Below are positions 39,204 through 49,252 of a stretch of 64,000 nucleotides of DNA, one piece after another. Where the stretch lies: positions 127,125 through 191,124 of the forward strand of contig JBFJCP010000003.1 of the NCBI GenBank assembly GCA_041615815.1, in the 5' to 3' direction. Both the position numbers and the translations under genes were made by a program. Under the pieces are notes generated by a model. The model made no database searches. It worked only from the letters and a program-made list of their open reading frames with translations, and was not told where the DNA came from. Position 1 is the stretch's first letter. Each line of letters opens with the position of its first letter. Origin of the DNA: Gemmatimonadales bacterium (GTDB lineage: Bacteria; Gemmatimonadota; Gemmatimonadetes; Gemmatimonadales; GWC2-71-9).

Positions 39204-40181
39204 CTAGGGGGACCGTGCGGGAAGGTATTGCTTGGGAAACTTGGCCACCACCGTGTAGATGGGATCGACGATGTTCGCAACGGTACTCTCCCCCACCTGT
39301 CCGACGAGGAGATAGGCGTCCCAGCGTCCGAACCCGTACTCCGTCTCCAGCCACTCGACCAACTCCACGTGAGCCAGTCGGAACGCATCGATGAGTGGGC
39401 GCGCGCTGCCGGCCACCATGATGTATTCCTCGTCCTCGAACCGGGGCCAATCGATGGTCTTGCCCTTGATCACATCAATCTTGAGGGTGACATCCATGGA
39501 GGTCTCGAGCCCGGTACCGTTCACTTCGCCCTGGCCCTGTCGGGCGTGGCCGTCGCCGAAATAGAAGTAGGCGCCCTCGTGGAAGATGGGCAGGTACACG
39601 GTCGTTCCCTCGCGGACTTCCTGAGCGTCCATGTTCCCCCCGAAATCGCCAGGCCACAGCCCGCCAAACGCTTCTTCGCCGCGGGGCGCGACGGCCACGC
39701 GTCCGAGCATGGGACTGAGGGCGATGGTGATCGTTCGCATCCGGCTGTCCGGAAGCTCTGTTGTCCCGGTCATGGCGTCGAGATCGAGCCGCCACTCGTA
39801 GCGACGGGCCGGGATCGGATCGTTGAGGAGCCGAAGACGGCTATCCGTGGCCAGACCGCCAAAGTTCGGATAGATCTGCGCCCCCGCCAACGAATGATTG
39901 GGGCGGACCCGCAGGATTTCTACCACCAGCACGTCATTGGGGGTGGCCCCTTCGATGTAGAATGGACCCACCTCTCCCGGAAAGGCACCACCGCCCGGCT
40001 GGTAGTACGCCCCGAAGTTCGTGGTCGATATGAGTACCGTCCCCGGGCCGATACGGAGCACCGGGTCACGGACCGCAAAGGTGGGGTGTCCCACCGTCGG
40101 CGTGAATCGGACCGTATCCTGTACCGCGAACGCCGGGGGTGCGACGAGCACCAGGCAGAGGACCATCGCCAGCCGTTGCAT
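39204..40181 (-). CDS. Acetamidase/formamidase family protein with signal peptide
   Basis: GPFYIEGA, FGGNMD, GDGHARQGQGE..GTGLE. Confidence 0.9.
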   Translation of the reverse strand: MQRLAMVLCLVLVAPPAFAVQDTVRFTPTVGHPTFAVRDPVLRIGPGTVLISTTNFGAYYQPGGGAFPGEVGPFYIEGATPNDVLVVEILRVRPNHSLAGAQIYPNFGGLATDSRLRLLNDPIPARRYEWRLDLDAMTGTTELPDSRMRTITIALSPMLGRVAVAPRGEEAFGGLWPGDFGGNMDAQEVREGTTVYLPIFHEGAYFYFGDGHARQGQGEVNGTGLETSMDVTLKIDVIKGKTIDWPRFEDEEYIMVAGSARPLIDAFRLAHVELVEWLETEYGFGRWDAYLLVGQVGESTVANIVDPIYTVVAKFPKQYLPARSP

Positions 40182-40274
40182 CTCGACTCCTCGGTCGAAG
40201 AATCGTCAGTCGATCACCTTGCGAAACTAGCGGCCGTCGCCAACTCGGCAACGCGGCAGGGCGCTCCACGGCGT

Positions 40275-40304
40275 TTGACGCTCCCTTTGTGCGTCCAGCA
40301 TATT
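40275..40304 (+). promoter_or_regulatory. Candidate sigma70 promoter
   Basis: TTGACG-N18-CATATT. Confidence 0.45.
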
Positions 40305-40336
40305 CCTTTACTGCCGCCCGGACCGAAGCGCGCCTC

Positions 40337-42991
40337 GTGGCCCAACTTCCATTGTCCTGTCCATCCTGCGATACGCCGGTTCCGCTCGACGCCTCGTATT
40401 GCCCCGGGTGCGGCGTGGCGACGCCCACCGGTATCGCCTCGGATCCCACCGCCACTGGCCCGCTCTCCACCGACGAGTCCGCCTATCGGAAGCGGCTCAG
40501 CGATGCCATCCGTGATCGCTACCGCATTGAAGCCGTGTTGGGGCAGGGGGGGATGGCGATCGTTTATGCAGCGTGGGACGTGAAGCACAACCGTCGAGTG
40601 GCGGTCAAAGTTCTGCGCCCCGAGCTCGCCGCAGCCTTGGGGCCCGACCGATTCCATCGCGAGATCCAAATCGCCGCCCGGCTCCAGCACCCGCATGTGG
40701 TGCCGGTCTACGATTCCGGCGAGGCCGAGGGGCTACTGTACTTCGTGATGCAGTACGTGGAGGGCGAGTCCCTGCGGGAGCGTCTGCACCGCGACACACA
40801 ACTCCCTCTCGAGACCGTCGTCCACATCGCGCACGACGTATTGACCGGTCTCGAGTACGCGCACGCAAACGGTGTCATCCATCGCGATATCAAGCCAGAG
40901 AACATCTTGCTGGTGGGCGAGACGGCGGTGGTGGCGGATTTCGGGATCGCGCGGGCCGTTCGCGTGGCCGGCGCGGACCGGATCACGGAAGCCGGCATCG
41001 TGATCGGCACTCCGGCCTACATGAGTCCCGAACAGATCGGTGGAGTGGATGAAGTCGACGCGCGGGCGGACGTCTACTCGGTGGGCTGTGTCGTCCACGA
41101 GATGCTCGTGGGACAACCACCGTTCCTGGGGCCCAACAAGCAAGCCATCCTCGCCCGGCAACTGGCGGACACGGTCCCGAGCATCCGGGCTGTTCGGAGC
41201 ACGGTTCCCGAGTCCATGGAGGCGGCAGTGGGCAAGGCGTTGGCCAAAGCACCAGCTGACCGTTTTGCCTCCGCCGGCGAGTTTGCACAGGCCCTCGCCG
41301 CGGCGCTGACTGCTGATACCCGATCGCTCCCCCGCTGGCTGTCACGTGCCGCCGTCGCGCTCATCATCGGCGCCGGCCTGTGGACCGCCTGGCACTTCTT
41401 GCGTCCAACCCCAGCGCTCGACCCGAGCCACGTCGCTGTGTTTCCCTTTCAGAACGAGACCGGGGACCCGACACTCGACAACCTCGGCGGATGGATCGCT
41501 CGGGCAGTGCACGACGGCATCAACTCAGCCGAGCAGATTCCGGTCACGATGGGACCACCGATCCGCACGGCCGGGGGCGACCCAAATGAGGCGCCCGGGA
41601 CCGATCCCATCCGCGCGGCGCGCGAGCTGGGCGCCGGGACCGTGATCCTCGGGGCCTTCTATCTCATTGCCGATTCCGTGCAGTTCCGCGCCGAGATCGT
41701 CGACGTCTCGGACCCCACATCCCGTCGTGCGATCCAACCGGTCATGGGCGACCGGCATGACGCCCGCAAGGCCGCCCATCTACTGCGCCAGCGCGTGATG
41801 GCCGACCTGGTGGCGCTCACCACGTGGAGCGCCGCGCGGCTCGATAGCCTGGGCCTGCCCGAGACATTCGAGGCATCCGCGCTGTTCGCGCGCGGCAGAC
41901 GGTTCCTCTTCGACCGAGACTACGACGACGCCATTCGTTTGTTCTTCGATGCAGCCGCAGCCGATACGACGTTCGAGACGCCGTTGTTGTTCGCGATCAT
42001 GACCTACCGTGTCTCGGGGCAGTTCGCGCGCGCCGATTCCCTGGCGCAGGAGGTCAATCGGAACCGCGCCCGCCTGGCGCCGTCGGATCGCCATCTCCTC
42101 GATATCGAGCGAGCACGACTCCGGGGTGATTGGGGGAACGTCCGCATCCTCGGGCGCACCCGGTACGAGTCCACGCTACGAGAGCCGAGCCACCTCATCG
42201 ACGTGGCGGTGACCGCGCTACCAGCGGGGTACCCGGGTGAAACGGTCGAGGCCGTCCGCGCGATGTCGCTGGGTGGTCGAAAGACCTATCCCGCCAGCCT
42301 CCGGCTCATCACCGAGGGGCTGCATCTCATGGAGGAGTTTGGCGACGAGCTTGCAGAAGCTCGACGCGCCAACGCGGTCTACGGCAATGCCGAACTCGGA
42401 GTCGAGCACGCACTGCGCGCCCTCGCGGCGCTCGGGCGGCCGGCTGACATCATCGCCTACATCCGTCGCGGTGTGGCCCCAGGATCGGTCCTGACCGATC
42501 TGGGAATCGAGCTTCAGACACACCACGATTCGATCCTCGCCGGTCAGGCGTTGATGGCCGCCATCGAGTGGTACCGCGGGACGGTTGGAACGCCGGCGGC
42601 TGACGCAGCGGGACAGATCCGCGCGCTGTACGCCGCGGGGGAGCACCGCCAGGCGGCTGATTTCCTGAGCCAACTGTCCAATGGATCGCTCAACCAGATC
42701 GACCGCGCAGGCTACCGAGGCGTGCTGGCCGCTCGGCGTGGGGATCGGTCGGCAGCGTTGGCCGCCAGTGCCCGGCTCGCCGCTATGGCCGCCCCGTATA
42801 CCTTCGGCGAACCGTCGCTCTGGCGTGCGCGGATCGCCGCCGTCCTCGGGGATGCTGAACAAGCGAGGGCCCTGCTGCAGCGGGCGTTCCACCAGGGACT
42901 CGCCTACGACATCCGTCTGCACCGCGATCCGGACCTATTCCTACTGCGAGACGATCCGCGATTCGGGCAATTACTCGCCCCAAAAGGCTGA
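40337..42991 (+). CDS. Hanks Ser/Thr kinase: Zn-ribbon, kinase, TM, TolB-N-like, TPR-like
   Basis: CPSC..CPGC; LGQGGMA, HRDIKPEN, DFG, GTPAYMSPEQ; VAVFPFQNETGD. Confidence 0.92.
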   Translation: MAQLPLSCPSCDTPVPLDASYCPGCGVATPTGIASDPTATGPLSTDESAYRKRLSDAIRDRYRIEAVLGQGGMAIVYAAWDVKHNRRVAVKVLRPELAAALGPDRFHREIQIAARLQHPHVVPVYDSGEAEGLLYFVMQYVEGESLRERLHRDTQLPLETVVHIAHDVLTGLEYAHANGVIHRDIKPENILLVGETAVVADFGIARAVRVAGADRITEAGIVIGTPAYMSPEQIGGVDEVDARADVYSVGCVVHEMLVGQPPFLGPNKQAILARQLADTVPSIRAVRSTVPESMEAAVGKALAKAPADRFASAGEFAQALAAALTADTRSLPRWLSRAAVALIIGAGLWTAWHFLRPTPALDPSHVAVFPFQNETGDPTLDNLGGWIARAVHDGINSAEQIPVTMGPPIRTAGGDPNEAPGTDPIRAARELGAGTVILGAFYLIADSVQFRAEIVDVSDPTSRRAIQPVMGDRHDARKAAHLLRQRVMADLVALTTWSAARLDSLGLPETFEASALFARGRRFLFDRDYDDAIRLFFDAAAADTTFETPLLFAIMTYRVSGQFARADSLAQEVNRNRARLAPSDRHLLDIERARLRGDWGNVRILGRTRYESTLREPSHLIDVAVTALPAGYPGETVEAVRAMSLGGRKTYPASLRLITEGLHLMEEFGDELAEARRANAVYGNAELGVEHALRALAALGRPADIIAYIRRGVAPGSVLTDLGIELQTHHDSILAGQALMAAIEWYRGTVGTPAADAAGQIRALYAAGEHRQAADFLSQLSNGSLNQIDRAGYRGVLAARRGDRSAALAASARLAAMAAPYTFGEPSLWRARIAAVLGDAEQARALLQRAFHQGLAYDIRLHRDPDLFLLRDDPRFGQLLAPKG

Positions 42992-43023
42992 CCGTGTACA
43001 GACGAACCCGACAGTTCGCCTAC

Positions 43024-43067
43024 GCATTAGGCTGCGAGGGCTTTCCTCCGCGCATGCAGTCTAATGC
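43024..43067. terminator. Inverted repeat between convergent genes, possible bidirectional terminator
   Basis: GCATTAGGCTGC..GCAGTCTAATGC (11/12) with inner GAGG/CCTC; no U-tract. Confidence 0.4.
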
Positions 43068-43085
43068 TCCCAAGAGACAGTGTGC

Positions 43086-44204
43086 TTACGCCGGCGTAAT
43101 ACGTCCTAATACCCGCGAACCGCGGGCACCGGTGGCAGACGGGACGTTGCCGGGTCGGCCGCGCAGAGTCAGCCACCCGAGATAGGCAAAGGCCACCGCC
43201 TCTTTGGCGTCGCCGTCGAAGAAGAGATCGTCGAACAGGCGGACGGCCCGGCCGGAGGACACGACCAGTCCCTCACGCACGACCGGGTGCCGCGTGCCAC
43301 CCCCGGAGAGCACCAGGTCTTCTTCTTTGGGCGGGGGTGCCCAGCGCCGCAGCTGCTCGGCGACCGAGCGCACGGTGAGTGCCACCGCTGTCGCTACCAA
43401 GTCATCGTTCGTGCACTCGGGCGCTCGCTCGCGGACCCGCTGGACCAGCTCCGCGGCATACCGTTCGCCAAAGAGCTCGCGCCCGGTACTCTTGGGCGGT
43501 GGAAGGGAGAAGAAGGGATGGGTGAGCAACTCGTCGACTACCTCGGTCACGGGCTGTCCTCGAAGCGCTCGTTCGCCTCCGGCATCGTACCGCGCGGAGG
43601 GATCCACGAGCCGGGTCACGGCGTCGATCACGGCCACCCCCGGGCCAGTGTCGCAGGCCACGACGCCATCCATCTCGCCTTTGCGCGGGACCCATGTGAA
43701 GTTCGCCATCCCCCCGAGGTTGAGGAGCACGCGTCCGCGCTCGGGATGGCCAAACAACATTACGTCCGCCATAGGAACCAGGGGCGCGCCCTGCCCACCT
43801 GCCGCGATGTCCCTGCTGCGGAAGTCGCTGACCACGCGGACACCCAGTCGTTCGGCCACCACCGCCGGATCGCCGAGCTGGAGACTGACCCGACCTGGCT
43901 CATGCCAAATGGTCTGGCCATGCGAGGCGACGAACGAGAGTTCTCGCGCCGCAACGTGCACGTGGTCCAGCAGGGCCGCCGCCGCGTCGGCGAAGACGTT
44001 GCCCAGCTTCACGTGCATCTGCGCTAGCTCGTGGGATGTCCCGCGAGCGATGGCCTGGAGGATCACTTCGCGGTCTTCTCGCGAGAGCGGCTGGGTATGG
44101 AAAGAGACGAGCTCGACCCGATGGTCATCGTGTATCTGCGTCAGCGCCGCATCTACGGCGTCGAGCGATGTGCCGGACATGAGCCCGATGGCGAGCTCGG
44201 TCAC
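43086..44204 (-). CDS. anmK: Anhydro-N-acetylmuramic acid kinase
   Basis: GLMSGTSLD, SHGQTIWH, DIAAGGQGAPLVP, AKEAVAFA. Confidence 0.96.
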   Translation of the reverse strand: MTELAIGLMSGTSLDAVDAALTQIHDDHRVELVSFHTQPLSREDREVILQAIARGTSHELAQMHVKLGNVFADAAAALLDHVHVAARELSFVASHGQTIWHEPGRVSLQLGDPAVVAERLGVRVVSDFRSRDIAAGGQGAPLVPMADVMLFGHPERGRVLLNLGGMANFTWVPRKGEMDGVVACDTGPGVAVIDAVTRLVDPSARYDAGGERALRGQPVTEVVDELLTHPFFSLPPPKSTGRELFGERYAAELVQRVRERAPECTNDDLVATAVALTVRSVAEQLRRWAPPPKEEDLVLSGGGTRHPVVREGLVVSSGRAVRLFDDLFFDGDAKEAVAFAYLGWLTLRGRPGNVPSATGARGSRVLGRITPA

Positions 44205-45127
44205 GTCTTCACCGGTGGGGGATCGCCGACCGCCACGCGCACCGAGCCGCCGGCCGCCTCCAAGCGATCGCGTGCGGCGCTCGCCGCAACGTCCAGCCGG
44301 ACCATGACGATGGCGAGTTTGACGCTGCCGGACGCGTCCGCAATGGCCTGTCGTGCCCGCTCTCGTGTGATCTGACAGGTTTCCATCAAGATTCGCTCTC
44401 CCCGATCTCGGAGCTTGGCGCTCATCGCCATCAGATCCACCATCAGATTGCCGTAGGCGCGGCCGGACCGTACCATCGCGCCGGTGGTGACGGTGTTGAG
44501 AATGAGCTTGGTGGCGGTCCCCGCCTTCATGCGGGTGGATCCCGTCAGTGCTTCCGGCCCCACCTTCGCCACGATACAGACGTCGCAGGACTCGCGGAGG
44601 GTGCTCGGGGGGTCCGTGCAGGTCACCAACGCCGTCCGTGCGCCCCGAGCTCGAGCCCGCTCCAGCGCGCCGGCCACGTAGGGGGTGGTTCCGCTGGCGG
44701 CGATCCCGACGACGACGTCCGCCGCCGTCACGGCATGCTCATCCATGGCCAGCGCCCCCGCCCGGGGATCGTCCTCCGCCCCTTCCTGACTCCGGACCAG
44801 CGCCTGTGGACCGCCTGCGATGATTCCCACCACCAGTTCTGGCGGTGTCCCGAAGGTGGGCGGGCATTCCGCTGCATCCAGCACGCCCAGGCGGCCGCTG
44901 GTGCCGGCTCCTACGTACACGAGGCGCCCGCCGCTCCCAAACGCTTCGACCACCACATCGATGAGCCGAACCAAGTCGCGACGGACGCCGTGGACGACCT
45001 CCGGCACCTGTCGATCCTCGGCATTCAGGAGGTCGACGATCTCCTCCGCGGTGGCCACATCGATGTCGACCGTGCGCGGGTTGCGCTGTTCGGTCAGACG
45101 CGTGTCGTGAAAATCGGCAGAGGTCAT
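44201..45127 (-). CDS. murQ: N-acetylmuramic acid 6-phosphate etherase
   Basis: TEQRNPRT, GAGTSGRLGVLDAAECPPTF, GSTRMKAGTATK. Confidence 0.97.
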   Translation of the reverse strand: MTSADFHDTRLTEQRNPRTVDIDVATAEEIVDLLNAEDRQVPEVVHGVRRDLVRLIDVVVEAFGSGGRLVYVGAGTSGRLGVLDAAECPPTFGTPPELVVGIIAGGPQALVRSQEGAEDDPRAGALAMDEHAVTAADVVVGIAASGTTPYVAGALERARARGARTALVTCTDPPSTLRESCDVCIVAKVGPEALTGSTRMKAGTATKLILNTVTTGAMVRSGRAYGNLMVDLMAMSAKLRDRGERILMETCQITRERARQAIADASGSVKLAIVMVRLDVAASAARDRLEAAGGSVRVAVGDPPPVKT

Positions 45128-45193
45128 GAAACCAGACCGGAAGCGTGATAGTTTCCTACGGCCGCCACCCAGAGGTCAACGAAAGGATACAAG

Positions 45194-46942
45194 TTGTCAA
45201 CACCGACTCCCGCTCGCAGCCTGCTCGCGCTCCTCGCGGTCCTCGCGGCGTGCGCCACGCCGGCACCGGAGCGTTCCACCGCGGCCACCCCACTGGGCAT
45301 GGTCCCCGAAGGATGGCCGCTCTTCCAGGAGACCCTGCCGGTCGAGGCACCCCGCGCCATGGTGGTCTCGAGCAGCCCCCTTGCTTCGGAGGTGGGCATC
45401 GAGATCCTGAAGCAAGGCGGAAACGCCGTGGACGCGGCCGTCGCCGTTGGATTCGCGCTGACCGTAGTGCATCCGTCGGCCGGCAACCTCGGTGGTGGCG
45501 GGTTCTTGGTCGTGCGTCTCCATGATGGGTCGGTGCGTACGCTGGATTTTCGCGAGACGGCTCCTGGCGGCGCCACCCGCGAGATGTACCTGGATTCGGC
45601 CGGAAACCTGACCGAGACATCGGTGACCGGTCACCTGGCTGCCGGCGTTCCTGGCAGCGTGGCAGGGCTTGCCGAGGTCCTTGAACGTCACGGCACGCGC
45701 TCCTTACCCTCCGTGCTCGCTCCGGCCATCACTCTTGCGCGCGACGGGTTCCTGCTCGACGAGACCCGGAGTCGATCGCTCGAGGGAGCCGCGAAGCGGC
45801 TTCGCTTGTTCCCGGCATCGCATCGACAGTTTCTCCTCCCAAACGGCGAGGCCCCACCACCCGGAACGCGATTGCGGCAGCCGGACCTGGCGCGCACCCT
45901 CCAGGCCATCGCGGACAGCGGCCCACGGGTCTTCTATCATGGATATATCGCGGACCTGATTGTCGCTGAGATGGCTCGTGGCGGTGGTCTGATCGACAAG
46001 GACGATCTCGCCGCGTACCGAGCCATCTGGCGGGATCCCGTGGCATTCACGTACCGCAGGCACACGATCTTCTCGATGCCACCGGCCAGTTCCGGCGGGA
46101 TCACCATGGCCCAGATCCTCAATATCCTGGAGGGATACGATTCCCTTCCTCCGCTCGGGAGCGCCGAGCACGTTCATCTCCTCGCGGAGTCGATGCGACG
46201 CGCGTTCATCGATCGGAACCAGCATTTGGGTGACCCGGACTTCGTCACGATGCCGCTGGAGCGACTGCTGGCCAAGGACTACGCGGCGAGCCTGCGCGCG
46301 AGCATCGACCCAACGCGGGCAACACCCACCGGGCGGATCCCAGCTTCGGTGCGCGACGGGTTCGAGACCACGCACTACTCGATCGTGGACGCGGCGGGAA
46401 ACGCCGTGAGTGTCACCACGACGCTGAACTCCAGCTTCGGGAGCGCTGTCACCGTGAGCGGGGCCGGATTCCTGCTCAACAACGAAATGGATGACTTTAC
46501 GGCAGCGCCGGGAGTACCCAACCAGTTTGGTCTCGTGCAGGGCGAAGCGAATACCATCGCTCCCGGGAAACGTATGCTCTCGGCGATGTCACCCACCATC
46601 GTGGTGGACTCTCTGGATCGCCTGCTCATGGTCTTGGGGACGCCGGGCGGACCCACGATCATCACGACGGTGTCGCAGGTCGTCTCCAACGTCATCGACC
46701 ACGGACTTTCCCTCGAGCGCGCCGTGGCCGCGCCGCGAGTCCACCATCAGGCGCTCCCCGACCGGATCCAGTACGATCCCGCGGGGCTCCTGCCCATTGT
46801 CGCCGACCAGCTGCGGTCCATGGGCCACGATCTCGAGGAGCGGCCGGGCTATCGTGGTGAGGTCACGGCAATCATGCGTGGGCCTCGGGGGTGGATTGGG
46901 GTTGCTGATCCACGTGCCGGCGGCCGTGCGATCGGGTACTGA
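45194..46942 (+). CDS. ggt: Gamma-glutamyltransferase (lipoprotein)
   Basis: LAAC; GGNAVDAAVA, DFRETAP, ETTHYS, LNNEMDDF, LSAMSP, GTPGG. Confidence 0.95.
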   Translation: MSTPTPARSLLALLAVLAACATPAPERSTAATPLGMVPEGWPLFQETLPVEAPRAMVVSSSPLASEVGIEILKQGGNAVDAAVAVGFALTVVHPSAGNLGGGGFLVVRLHDGSVRTLDFRETAPGGATREMYLDSAGNLTETSVTGHLAAGVPGSVAGLAEVLERHGTRSLPSVLAPAITLARDGFLLDETRSRSLEGAAKRLRLFPASHRQFLLPNGEAPPPGTRLRQPDLARTLQAIADSGPRVFYHGYIADLIVAEMARGGGLIDKDDLAAYRAIWRDPVAFTYRRHTIFSMPPASSGGITMAQILNILEGYDSLPPLGSAEHVHLLAESMRRAFIDRNQHLGDPDFVTMPLERLLAKDYAASLRASIDPTRATPTGRIPASVRDGFETTHYSIVDAAGNAVSVTTTLNSSFGSAVTVSGAGFLLNNEMDDFTAAPGVPNQFGLVQGEANTIAPGKRMLSAMSPTIVVDSLDRLLMVLGTPGGPTIITTVSQVVSNVIDHGLSLERAVAAPRVHHQALPDRIQYDPAGLLPIVADQLRSMGHDLEERPGYRGEVTAIMRGPRGWIGVADPRAGGRAIGY

Positions 46943-47005
46943 GCCCGCCCACACCACGGCGCCGGCTCCTCTAGGAACCATCACCCACACTGAGGATGGC
47001 ATGAC

Positions 47006-47626
47006 ATGAATGGCACGGCGTCACCGCCGTCGTGGTTCGCGAAGGGCCTCCTATTCGAGAACTGTAGCTGTCAACTCGTCTGTCCAGGACACATCCATTT
47101 CGAGCAGGATTGTACCTACGATCGTTGCTTGGGATACTGGGCGATCGCGGTGGAAGAGGGCGGCGTTGACGGAACCACTCTCGCAGGCGTCAACGCGGTG
47201 GTCGCGTTCGACAGCCCAAAGCGCATGATGGATGGCGGGTGGATCCAGCGGATCATTCTCGACGAAGCGACGTCCAAGGAGCAACGCCGCGGCATGGAGA
47301 TGATCCTGCGTGGCGAGGTGGGGGGTCCGTGGGCCGTGCTTGCGCGCTTTGTTGGCCGCCACGCCGAGACGCTCTACCTGCCGATGTCCATGGACGACGA
47401 CGGACGGATCAAGCGCCTGACCGTGCACGGCGTGATGGAAGCCGTCGTAGAGCCGATCCGAGGACGCGACAAGACGCAAGTGGTGCGTTTCGAGAACATC
47501 TTCAATCAAATCCACGCAGCCTCCCAGGTGATCGGCCGCGGCACCACACGGTACGACGACGGCACGATCCGCATGCACAACACGGGTAGCCATGGGTTGT
47601 ACTCTCACTTCTCCTGGACCGCCTAA
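47006..47626 (+). CDS. DUF1326-family protein
   Basis: FENCSCQLVCPGH...C motif. Confidence 0.85.
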   Translation: MNGTASPPSWFAKGLLFENCSCQLVCPGHIHFEQDCTYDRCLGYWAIAVEEGGVDGTTLAGVNAVVAFDSPKRMMDGGWIQRIILDEATSKEQRRGMEMILRGEVGGPWAVLARFVGRHAETLYLPMSMDDDGRIKRLTVHGVMEAVVEPIRGRDKTQVVRFENIFNQIHAASQVIGRGTTRYDDGTIRMHNTGSHGLYSHFSWTA

Positions 47627-47666
47627 CGGGGCAGCCCAGCTCGGGAGCGGCTCACAGCGGCGAGCC

Positions 47667-48380
47667 GTGTGGGGCGCTACGCTCGTGGTATTCGCCGCCG
47701 CGTGGGTAGCGCTGGCGCAGTGGGCCCGCCCCCATGACATCGCCGACCTCTTGGGCCCCACCACCACGGCGCACACGCCCGTGGGGCTCGGCGTGACGAC
47801 CGTCATGTGGCTCACGATGATGATCGCCATGATGCTCCCGACGGTCCTGCCGTGGCTCGACGCCTACGCCGTCGCCGTTGGGCCGCATCCCCGAGGCTAT
47901 CGACGTATCGCGGCCTTCGCCGCGGGCTACATGACCGTGTGGACTGGATTCAGTCTGTTCGCCGCCCTGGTGCAAGTGACGCTGGTCCAACACGGGATGC
48001 TGGGCGGATTGACGATGCGCGCGGCCGCTCCCCTCGCAGCCGCGCTCCTCGTTGGGGCTGGCCTCTACGAGCTCAGCCCCGCCAAAGGCGGGTGCCTCGA
48101 GCACTGTCGCTCGCCCCTCGGTTTCTTCCTCTTGTCGTGGCGCGGTGGTGCGAGCGGGGCGCTCCGTATGGGGCTCACCCATGCGGGATTCTGTGTAGGA
48201 TGCTGTTGGGCACTGATGCTGCTCTCGTTCGCCCTCGGGACGATGAACCTGCTCTGGATGGCGGTGCTCACCCTCGTGCTGTGCCTGGAGAAGTTGATGC
48301 CGTACGGACAGCAGGTCCGCCGAAGCTTCGGAATGTTGCTCATCATCTGGGGAGCGTGGCTCGGCTTCAATGCGGCCTAG
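47667..48380 (+). CDS. DUF2182-family metal-binding membrane protein
   Basis: MMIAMMLP, K..CLEHCRSP, CVGCCWALM, MNL.WM, EK; start uncertain (47592 or 47667). Confidence 0.85.
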   Translation: MWGATLVVFAAAWVALAQWARPHDIADLLGPTTTAHTPVGLGVTTVMWLTMMIAMMLPTVLPWLDAYAVAVGPHPRGYRRIAAFAAGYMTVWTGFSLFAALVQVTLVQHGMLGGLTMRAAAPLAAALLVGAGLYELSPAKGGCLEHCRSPLGFFLLSWRGGASGALRMGLTHAGFCVGCCWALMLLSFALGTMNLLWMAVLTLVLCLEKLMPYGQQVRRSFGMLLIIWGAWLGFNAA

Positions 48381-48400
48381 ACTGACTCGGTGCCGACAAC

Positions 48401-48434
48401 ACAAAAGAAACGGGGCCCCGTCGGGGCCCCGTTT
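48401..48434 (-). terminator. Intrinsic terminator
   Basis: AAACGGGGCCCC/GGGGCCCCGTTT 12-bp stem, TTTCTTTTG tail on the minus strand. Confidence 0.85.
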
Positions 48435-48457
48435 GCGTACTTCGGAACGCGCGCGAC

Positions 48458-49252
48458 TCAGGTCGCCATCGGCTCTAAAACCATGGGGGCCGTCAGCACG
48501 ATCCGAATCATGCCGCCTGCCGGCAGCACGATGTCGTTGCCCTTGGTCGCGAGCGCGACGCCGGTTCCGGCGGCCGCCCCGGCCGCTCCACCGATGACGG
48601 CACCTTTGGTATTCTTGCCGATCAGTTTGCCGGCCACGGCTCCGACGACGGCGCCGGCCCCGATCTTCGCCGCATCACCGGCTTTGAATTGATCCGATTT
48701 CTTCTCCGCGGCCACGGTGTCGCTCTTGGCCTCGAGCGCATAGGTCTTGCCACCGAAGGAGACCCGGTTGAAGGCCATCACGAGCTTGCCTTGACCCGGA
48801 TCCATCTCCGTGATGGTGCCGGTGAACACCGCGCCGGCGGGGATCACCACCTTGCCGTCGACGTTCTCGAGGGCACGGGTGCCGGTGGCGGTAACTCGAT
48901 CACCCACCTTGTGGGTGTCGTTGCTGACCGTGTCGGTCGCCACCATTTCCATGGTGGTGCCGGCGGGCAGCGCCATCGGGGCCTCCGGCGCTGCGCGCTG
49001 AGGCTCAGGCTGAGGCGTCGACGGCGGCGTGGCCTGCCGGGGCTGTTGGCGCCTGGGCGCGGGTTGCGGGGGCGCGGCCTGCTGCTGACTGGGCGCCTGC
49101 GCCACCGGCTGGTCATCCAGGACGGTCAATGATTCCGCCGGCGCCAGGCTCAGATCCCGGTCGTCATCGGCGGCAGGTTCCCCCCCACCGCATGCCACGA
49201 AGCCGAGGGCGGCGAGAGCGAGAAAGGTGTTCATCCGCATCATGGTAATCAT
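48458..49252 (-). CDS. Lipoprotein with Pro/Gln linker and glycine-zipper segment
   Basis: GGAGG SD; FVAC lipobox; IGAGAVVGAVAG..GAVIGGAAGAAAG. Confidence 0.85.
   Translation of the reverse strand: MITMMRMNTFLALAALGFVACGGGEPAADDDRDLSLAPAESLTVLDDQPVAQAPSQQQAAPPQPAPRRQQPRQATPPSTPQPEPQRAAPEAPMALPAGTTMEMVATDTVSNDTHKVGDRVTATGTRALENVDGKVVIPAGAVFTGTITEMDPGQGKLVMAFNRVSFGGKTYALEAKSDTVAAEKKSDQFKAGDAAKIGAGAVVGAVAGKLIGKNTKGAVIGGAAGAAAGTGVALATKGNDIVLPAGGMIRIVLTAPMVLEPMAT

Noticed and set aside
43024..43067. attC-like site
   Set aside because: Core-like motifs are in the wrong order and mismatched; no integron integrase in the window
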